From: Candidatus Aenigmatarchaeota archaeon
GTDB taxonomy: Archaea > Aenigmatarchaeota > Aenigmatarchaeia > Aenigmatarchaeales > JAADFI01
DNA length: 48,448 nt
Direction of reading: 5' to 3'
NCBI GenBank assembly: GCA_015521825.1
Contig: WANL01000001.1
Span: forward strand, 1 to 48,448
The position numbers and the translations under genes were made by a program. Below the pieces are notes generated by a model. The model did no database searches. It was not told the DNA's origin and was given only the letters and a program-made list of their open reading frames with translations. Positions 42,378-48,448 of the stretch are shown piece by piece. Each line of letters begins with the position of its first letter. Position 1 is the first letter of the stretch.

Positions 42378-44000
42378 TCACTCGAGCGAAACCATTTCCT
42401 TCGGATCGACAGCCTCGGAGAGTACCCTCACGAAGTCGAGAACCATCGGAACCTGACCGAACTGGAACTCCTTCACGTAATACGTGTTGCCGTTATCTAC
42501 GACCGGCTTCGAGTAGTTTATGGGCCCGGTCTGCGGAACCGAACCGATCTTATTACCGTCGAAGTAGAGGGAAATCTCGCTTCCGTCGTAGGTCAGGCCC
42601 AGGAGGTGGAACTTCCCGTCATTTAGGTTAATACTCCCGTCTGCGCACCTGTACTCCGAAGTGTAAACACAGGCCTTGGCCAGGGTTCCGTCACCGTAAA
42701 CCTCGATACCGTAAGCCGGGTTCAGGGAATGAGCCGCCCTGTAAGCGATTCTGACGCCCTCCCACCAGTATCCGGTCTTCTTGACCCGGACGAACAGGGA
42801 AACCCGGTTCGGGGGATCGTGATCCTCGGTTATAACGGTCTTTCCACCCGGCCCAGCCTCGGTTTTGAAAAACCCGGCCGAGACAATATCGTCGTAGCCG
42901 GAGAATTTCATTACCCCGTTTTCAATGACCGGGAGCCAGGGGTACCTCAGCTCGGGTCGATCCGGCTTCTGATCGTACTCGCAGATGAATCCCATACCGT
43001 AGGTGCAGTCGGCATCCGTGAAGTTATCGTTTTTCAATCCGCAGTTGGCCGGCGGAAAACCGACCCCGATCAACCGCTCAGCGGCCGAATCAACGTTATC
43101 GGGTTGTCCGCTTTCCCAGTTGAAGTAGGACGACGGTTCGACCGAAAGCCACTTCCAGTCTCCGGCGGGCTCGTTCGCCGAACCGCTCGGAACGGAATCG
43201 GAGTATGTGAGGTCGTTAGGATCCTGGTACAGACCGATCCAGAGACCGTTGGCCCAGTAGGGCATGGAACTGAGTTCGTCCCAGGAGGAGAACACGGCCA
43301 GGTAGCCTCCGTCGTTTTCGCAGAACTTCTTGGCCGAGACCCAGTCCGGATACAGGTTCGGATCTATTTCGTCCAGGCAGCCGTAGGGATACACGATGTA
43401 GTAGCTCGAACCGTAGTTCAGGGGGTCGAGACTCGAAGACCAGCAGGGTCCATCGACTGCGCGGGCGTCAATGCCGTTAACGGTGTCGTAAACGTAGTAG
43501 CGGTAACCGACCACATTTCCCTGAAAGTCGAGCTCGGGAACGGCCGTCCAGTTGTCGTCGAACTCGAAAAAGGCGACCGAGGAGTCCGAAGGCTTTATCT
43601 TCACGAATCTCTGGCTAACGAAGGATCCGGCCGAAATTGTCATGTCGTGATCCCCGACTCCGAAGTCGTAGAGGTTCGTCAGCTCGGCGTAACCGACCTG
43701 GTTGGGCGGAATGTCCCTGCTGAGAGAGTAATCCACGGGCTTTCCGTCTATGAAGATGTTAAGGGTTCCGTTTCTCACGACTCCGGGGCCGCAGTTTCTC
43801 AGATACACCCTGTTTTTCGCTACCTGGTCTATCCTTAGACAGTACATCTGCTCGGCCTGGGTAGTTATCCTCTCCCCGGATTCCCGCATGGTCTTTCCGG
43901 TAACTCCGAAGATCCAGTTTGCCAGAAGGTAGAGCAGGGCAATTGTTACGATTATCACAAGCGTGACGGCAACCGCGGACGAAATTCCCTTCGCGCTCAC
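42378..44000 (-). CDS. type IV pilin-like protein fused to a C-type lectin domain (QPD type) and a LamG/Laminin_G_3 domain, 540 aa
   Basis: GTG start. N-terminus SAKGISSAVAVTLVIIVTIALLYLL. CTLD region WVSAKKFCENDGGYLAVFSS..LWIGLYQD..WESGQPDN..FTDADC..FICEY. LamG region KFSGYDD..GKFHLLGLTYDGSEISLYFDG. Confidence 0.8.
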   Translation of the reverse strand: MSAKGISSAVAVTLVIIVTIALLYLLANWIFGVTGKTMRESGERITTQAEQMYCLRIDQVAKNRVYLRNCGPGVVRNGTLNIFIDGKPVDYSLSRDIPPNQVGYAELTNLYDFGVGDHDMTISAGSFVSQRFVKIKPSDSSVAFFEFDDNWTAVPELDFQGNVVGYRYYVYDTVNGIDARAVDGPCWSSSLDPLNYGSSYYIVYPYGCLDEIDPNLYPDWVSAKKFCENDGGYLAVFSSWDELSSMPYWANGLWIGLYQDPNDLTYSDSVPSGSANEPAGDWKWLSVEPSSYFNWESGQPDNVDSAAERLIGVGFPPANCGLKNDNFTDADCTYGMGFICEYDQKPDRPELRYPWLPVIENGVMKFSGYDDIVSAGFFKTEAGPGGKTVITEDHDPPNRVSLFVRVKKTGYWWEGVRIAYRAAHSLNPAYGIEVYGDGTLAKACVYTSEYRCADGSINLNDGKFHLLGLTYDGSEISLYFDGNKIGSVPQTGPINYSKPVVDNGNTYYVKEFQFGQVPMVLDFVRVLSEAVDPKEMVSLE

Positions 44001-44033
44001 ACTATAGTTTTACACACTAAGTTACTTAAAGGT

Positions 44034-46208
44034 TTACCTTGTGAGAATGTAGGTCTCGGCGTAGCCTCTGTCGGTCACAACCGCTACCTTGTACCTTTCG
44101 TTCTTTTCGAGGGAGGCGTTTACCGTGAGCGTGAAGCCTCCGTCCGGACCGGTGAGGGTATAATTCCTGTAGAGCCAGGGCGCGTCCTCGGTGCAGTAGA
44201 CAACATCCGGCTTACAGACGAAGAGGGAAACCGGAATGTTCGGAACCGGTGTCATGTTTGAAGAAAGGGCGTAGGCGGAAACCGAAATTATGTAAGGATA
44301 AACGTTCGGAACTATTCTAAAGGAAAGGATGGAGGTTCCGAAAGTGTCGGGATAGCCCGTTGTCTTGACTATTCTCACGTAATAGGTTCCGGGGTCTGCG
44401 GTGAAGGTGAGGGAGGCGTTGCTCCTCGTGTAGTTAACGAGCTCCCAGGTGGAATTGTCCCCGTCAGTGTCTACGAAAATCGTGTAGTTGTCGATGTACT
44501 CGAGCGTGGCCTCCATTTCGGCGGAATCGATGTAAAACGCACCGTTGAATCCGTTGTAGCTCAGGTCGAACCTTATTCTGACCTCGGAGTCCGGTACGCT
44601 AAAGGTCGAGGGATCGAGGTCTATTACAACCGGTCGGAATTCCTTGGAGGAGTTTACAGAAGTTACCTGCCCGGCTTTTGTCCCGTTGACAAAAACGCTT
44701 ATCGAAGTTACGTTGGTCAAAAATCCTGTGCCGTTGTCCGAAAGGAACAGCGTTACTCTGGCGCTCTTCACCCTCACCTGAGAATCCGGATACGCCTTAG
44801 CGACCGGGTTGAAGGGAATCTCGATTCCGTTGAACCGAACCGGCTGGGACATCTCGAAGTACGCGAGCTGGCCCGGTCTGGCCGCTACGGACCAAGCGGT
44901 TCTGACCTCAAGCACACCCCTTCCGGAAACATCGTCCCTAATGCTTTTCATCCCGAGAGTCGACGGGTCCTTAAAACTTTCGTGAATGTTAACGGCAGCG
45001 AACCTCCACTTTTTATCCGCGTAAAGCGGGGTGGAATATCTCTTTTTGTCCGGGTAAAAGTAGGGGTTCCCGAAAAGTTTGAACGCTGAAACCGGGGATT
45101 CCTTCGGAGAGGAGGTCAGGTTCCTGGTGGACGGAAGCGGTGAAATCGTTACGGTCACGTTGGAAGGCACCGTTATATTGTAAACTATAACCTTCGAGCA
45201 CTCGTCTGCACAGGACGGATCGAAACAGTCTATCCTTCCGTCGAAATTGTCGTCTAGTCCGTCCCTGCAGTTCTTTTCCTTCCTGTAGCACCCGACGGTA
45301 TTGTAAACACTCCCTCCCGGAGTCACCGCCCCACACTCCGCGGTGTACCACTCAACACCGAACGGTTTTTTACAACAGTAAGCGTAATTCGGATCGTTCG
45401 GATCCACCGCACAACCTTCGCCATCGGGGCAGGTCTCAGTAGGACTGTAAGATATTCTTACTATTTTCCATTTATTATTCCAGTAGAAGCTGGTGTAACC
45501 TACTCCCGGAGAAGACTGGCTTCCGCCGACAGCGCAGACAGTCCCATCTGGCTCGCCCTCGCAGGCTCTTTCCCTCGGTTTACACTTCCCGTTGACCCAG
45601 GCGCAGGCAGCGGTCTGAAGACACTGCTCGTAAGTGAAATCCGAGCAGTTCACGCGATAGATCCGGAACATTTCTGACTCGGTACACGGAAGCCACTGGT
45701 ACTCAATCCGACCGTCTTCAATTCCGCACGGATAATTTGGATTATAATTCTGCCACCAGTAATCATTGTAATCTGTAATTATATAAACGGGACAATCATT
45801 GTCTCCGGTCCCGAAAACAGTACAGGACTGAGTCACGAAAGTTTTATCCAACCCCCCGTACCTCGCCGTTGTTTTATAAGAAAGCATATTAGCCGGCGCG
45901 CACGGAGCTCCCATTACTTTGTCGATCTCGTATTCACAGTTAGGATCTCTGTGAAAGGATGTTTCAGCTCCCATGGGTTTTTGTAACAAGTAATGAAGGT
46001 AATTTACCTTATTGGGGTCTGTATCCACACACGGATTGGTATACTCACAACACTCTCCGTACGTACAACTGCTAGTAATGTAAGCGCTTCCGTAGTTATC
46101 GTAGCAGTAACCGGAAGTAACCCAGTCACAAACTACGGCATACGAACCTTCGGTGAGTAGGAACAGACCGGTTCCGATGGCAGCCACCAGGAAAATCAAA
46201 GACCTCAT
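44034..46208 (-). CDS. secreted 724-aa protein: Cys-rich N-terminal half, beta-rich C-terminal half
   Basis: Signal peptide MRSLIFLVAAIGTGLFLLTEGSYA. Dozens of Cys lie in the first 340 aa or so, including CRDGLDDNFDGRIDCFDPSC (MopE/TSP3-like metal-binding pattern). Many N-x-S/T sequons. The C-terminus is CarboxypepD_reg-like (YTLTGPDGGFTLTV..YKVAVV). Confidence 0.7.
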   Translation of the reverse strand: MRSLIFLVAAIGTGLFLLTEGSYAVVCDWVTSGYCYDNYGSAYITSSCTYGECCEYTNPCVDTDPNKVNYLHYLLQKPMGAETSFHRDPNCEYEIDKVMGAPCAPANMLSYKTTARYGGLDKTFVTQSCTVFGTGDNDCPVYIITDYNDYWWQNYNPNYPCGIEDGRIEYQWLPCTESEMFRIYRVNCSDFTYEQCLQTAACAWVNGKCKPRERACEGEPDGTVCAVGGSQSSPGVGYTSFYWNNKWKIVRISYSPTETCPDGEGCAVDPNDPNYAYCCKKPFGVEWYTAECGAVTPGGSVYNTVGCYRKEKNCRDGLDDNFDGRIDCFDPSCADECSKVIVYNITVPSNVTVTISPLPSTRNLTSSPKESPVSAFKLFGNPYFYPDKKRYSTPLYADKKWRFAAVNIHESFKDPSTLGMKSIRDDVSGRGVLEVRTAWSVAARPGQLAYFEMSQPVRFNGIEIPFNPVAKAYPDSQVRVKSARVTLFLSDNGTGFLTNVTSISVFVNGTKAGQVTSVNSSKEFRPVVIDLDPSTFSVPDSEVRIRFDLSYNGFNGAFYIDSAEMEATLEYIDNYTIFVDTDGDNSTWELVNYTRSNASLTFTADPGTYYVRIVKTTGYPDTFGTSILSFRIVPNVYPYIISVSAYALSSNMTPVPNIPVSLFVCKPDVVYCTEDAPWLYRNYTLTGPDGGFTLTVNASLEKNERYKVAVVTDRGYAETYILTR

Positions 46209-47905
46209 ATGACCACCCAGGTTTCAGTATCCTTTTTTATTTCTCCCAGCTCCTGAATCTTTCCGGTAGGCGGGATGCAGTAGTAGTATTCCGGCACGCA
46301 CTTCGAAGCCCCGGGAGTGTAAGCAGCGTACGGGCACCATTTACAGCCCTGAGTGTTATCACATACCCTCTTTTTCTCTTCGTCCGTGGTCAGACCTTTT
46401 TCACATGCAGCGCAGTCCCACGCTCCACAACCCCGATCCGGCGGACAAGCCCCGGCCTCCTTACAGCCTATTTGAAAGCCGCACCAGTCGCAGGTGGAGA
46501 AACTCTCGCAGGTCGTCGGGTCCCAGTAATTCTGGCAGCAGTCTTCCGGACAATTCTCCGGAGTCTCGCCATAAGCAGTCTCGCAGATGCCGTTGGGAGT
46601 CCCGGTGAGAGTTCCGGTAGCCGGGTCGTAGCAGGATCCGCACGGCGTGGGCTTACAGGTTCCGGAACACCAGTAACAGCCGGCGTTCTCACAGTCCGTC
46701 TGGGTCTGGCAGTTAACGCAGCTGGAAGCCGTACAGTCGGAAGGAACCGTGCCCGTGGGCTGGCACTTAACGGTTAAACCGGCCGGAAGGGTACACGACT
46801 CCAGCCAGGACTCGCAGTTTATCTTTCTGTCCCGGTAGTAACTCCACCCGTTCGTTTTCGAAGGTCTGCAGGTGAACCTGGTCGGGTCGCTGTTGGTGCA
46901 GGGCGAATCGTCCGTTCCGGTCATGCAGTACAGCCCGTCCGCGCACTCGTCGTTACACTGGCAGACGTCTCCCTCGGTCTTCGCGAACCCGAGGACCTTG
47001 AGGCAGGGATCGCACTTTTCCGTGTCTATCGCGTCCTCGTAACTGCAGATCGGAACGCACTTACCGTTTTCGCACTTGAAATCCGGCGGGCACACGAGCT
47101 TTCCGTAGGAGCACTGCGAATCCCTGGAAGGACAGAAGGCCTCGAGAACGGTCGTGTTGTCGACGCAGTAGTCCGAGATGGTTTGAAGGACTTTGTCTCC
47201 CTCTCCGTACTCGCAGGTACCGGAGGAAAACTTAGTGTCCGGATACAGGCCAGGAACATCTGGAGAATCACTATCGTAGCACCACGGCCACGGTGGGGGT
47301 TCCGACTTTTTACAGAAAAACTTGTGGGTGGAGTTGTAAGATATTTCGTAACCTTCCGGGCATCCGACCTCGACATTAAACCATACCGAAGCGTTTACAG
47401 ACTTTACATTCTTGGGATTTACACAGACGTCCGAGTAAAAAGACCAAGAAGCATCGATTAGCAAAACGGTTCCGGAAGCACCTTTTAAATTATAGGTATA
47501 ATCCGTTGCTGTCCACCTTTCCCATCCTGAAATTAACCCACACCGTTCATTCAGGGGCTGTGGATTTGAAAGACATTCGTAAGTCACCCTGCTCTTAACC
47601 TGTTCATTAACTCCGTTGTTATCCGTGCAGGTAGTTATTCTATGACCAACACCCGTGATTGCGCACCATCCTACGTTATTCTCGTCCCAGTCGCACGGAA
47701 CTTCTACGAGCAATTGACGGGTAAGCGTTGTCTCCTCAGCTGTATCTATAACGTAACAGGTAGCGCCAACGAGAGTTGGATCCGTCGGGGCTCTTTCAAG
47801 AGGGCAGTCGCTCTCCAGACGAACTTGAAGGGTGGTCCCGAAAGCGGGTGGAAACAGTAGTAAAAACCCTATCAGAATTAAAATCAAAGGGGTACCCCTG
47901 TTCAT
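46205..47905 (-). CDS. secreted 566-aa protein, about 10% cysteine, with PSI-like Cys patterns
   Basis: Signal peptide MNRGTPLILILIGFLLLFPPAFG. About 56 Cys by hand count. Contains CTASSCVNCQTQTDCENAGCYWCSGTC and CAACEKG..CDNTQGCKWC (C..C..C...CxWC). ATGA overlap with the downstream 724-aa gene. Confidence 0.7.
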   Translation of the reverse strand: MNRGTPLILILIGFLLLFPPAFGTTLQVRLESDCPLERAPTDPTLVGATCYVIDTAEETTLTRQLLVEVPCDWDENNVGWCAITGVGHRITTCTDNNGVNEQVKSRVTYECLSNPQPLNERCGLISGWERWTATDYTYNLKGASGTVLLIDASWSFYSDVCVNPKNVKSVNASVWFNVEVGCPEGYEISYNSTHKFFCKKSEPPPWPWCYDSDSPDVPGLYPDTKFSSGTCEYGEGDKVLQTISDYCVDNTTVLEAFCPSRDSQCSYGKLVCPPDFKCENGKCVPICSYEDAIDTEKCDPCLKVLGFAKTEGDVCQCNDECADGLYCMTGTDDSPCTNSDPTRFTCRPSKTNGWSYYRDRKINCESWLESCTLPAGLTVKCQPTGTVPSDCTASSCVNCQTQTDCENAGCYWCSGTCKPTPCGSCYDPATGTLTGTPNGICETAYGETPENCPEDCCQNYWDPTTCESFSTCDWCGFQIGCKEAGACPPDRGCGAWDCAACEKGLTTDEEKKRVCDNTQGCKWCPYAAYTPGASKCVPEYYYCIPPTGKIQELGEIKKDTETWVVI

Positions 47906-47910
47906 AGTTT

Positions 47911-48448
47911 TTATTTTACCTCTGTTGTATTTATATATTTTAATTTTAACGAATCCAGAATCCAGGGAAAATCTTCCCGGAGCTTTTCCACGTCCTCGGT
48001 AACGTCGACCGTGATGTTCTTCGGTGGAGAATACTCGTCTATACTTTCATTACTGTATCTAACCCTTTTCTGCAGATCCTCCCAAACACGCTTTACGAAT
48101 CCTTCCTCGTCCCCTGCTAAGAGTTTATCCACCCCTATTCTCCGCAGGTATTCTTCGGTGGTCTCACCCTTTATTTCCGTTTCAACGACCGGCACCTTTC
48201 CGGTCTTGTTACCGATGGTGACATTTTTATATTTCACCTCAATCACGGGGCCGCAGAAAGGTATAAGACCCCTGTGGGTCTGGACGAATGTTTCCCGATC
48301 CACGTAAGGAATGGATTTCTCACCCCTTATCAGCTTTAAGTAAATTTCGGCCAATCTGCTCGGGAATCCGGTCACATGCGAATCTTCGTGGCCAATAATG
48401 TTAATAGTGGTATAGGACTCGTGAGGAGATAAAGCCAAATCTTCATTC
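47911..48448 (-). CDS. hypothetical protein, 5' end outside the window; contains an HExxH-like HEDSH motif
   Basis: The frame stays open to the window edge (the TTG at 48438 is only a track artefact). Reads ..TINIIGHEDSHVTGF.. It ends 5 nt before the 566-aa gene start. Confidence 0.45.
   Translation of the reverse strand, partial: NEDLALSPHESYTTINIIGHEDSHVTGFPSRLAEIYLKLIRGEKSIPYVDRETFVQTHRGLIPFCGPVIEVKYKNVTIGNKTGKVPVVETEIKGETTEEYLRRIGVDKLLAGDEEGFVKRVWEDLQKRVRYSNESIDEYSPPKNITVDVTEDVEKLREDFPWILDSLKLKYINTTEVK

Overview
Gene-dense archaeal chromosomal segment of about 70 genes. Many neighbours have 1-8 nt start/stop overlaps (ATGA, GTGA, TAATG). GC looks mid-50s % by eye, with a few clearly AT-richer patches.

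The backbone is housekeeping:
- Translation and ribosome: L14e, L34e, L10e, S24e, S27e, L44e, ArgRS, GatD/GatE, Cbf5, Taw1.
- Transcription: Rpo7, Spt4, an Lrp/AsnC regulator.
- Replication and repair: PriS, a GINS subunit, Ogg, an EndoIII domain, an Hjc-like protein, Alba.
- Secretion: SecY, FtsY, the DUF106 insertase.
- Others: proteasome alpha, prefoldin alpha, Bud32, adenylate kinase, PEP synthase, UPP synthase.

Interleaved with this are at least 10 class III signal-peptide (type IV pilin-like) genes and one A24 prepilin peptidase.

Most interesting:
1. 41.8-48.4 kb minus-strand operon. It links a pilin / C-type-lectin / LamG fusion and a minor-pilin-like gene to two very large signal-peptide, cysteine-rich proteins with PSI-like and MopE-like Cys patterns. 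A second pilin-lectin paralog lies at 24.4-25.9 kb. The two paralogs differ in the sugar-specificity tripeptide (EPN versus QPD).
2. 26.4-29.0 kb cluster: a Walker-A-less KaiC-like domain fused to an MglA-type small GTPase, two Roadblock/LC7 proteins and an intact KaiC-like ATPase, next to the prepilin peptidase.
3. Two tRNA genes that fold only if non-canonical insertions are removed: tRNA-Pro with one D-loop insert, and tRNA-Trp with D-loop, anticodon-loop and T-loop inserts.
4. An AT-rich patch 3' of tRNA-Pro encoding a 580-aa protein with 57/60-bp in-frame tandem repeats.
5. Unusual fusions or reductions: AsnB-like PP-loop domain fused to endonuclease III, PriS fused to a PriL Fe-S domain, and a GatE lacking the AspRS-like insertion.

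Lineage cannot be fixed from sequence alone. The features suggest a streamlined or fast-evolving, probably thermophilic archaeon. The ORF track treats GTG/TTG as M, so several starts were re-picked. All start coordinates are approximate.
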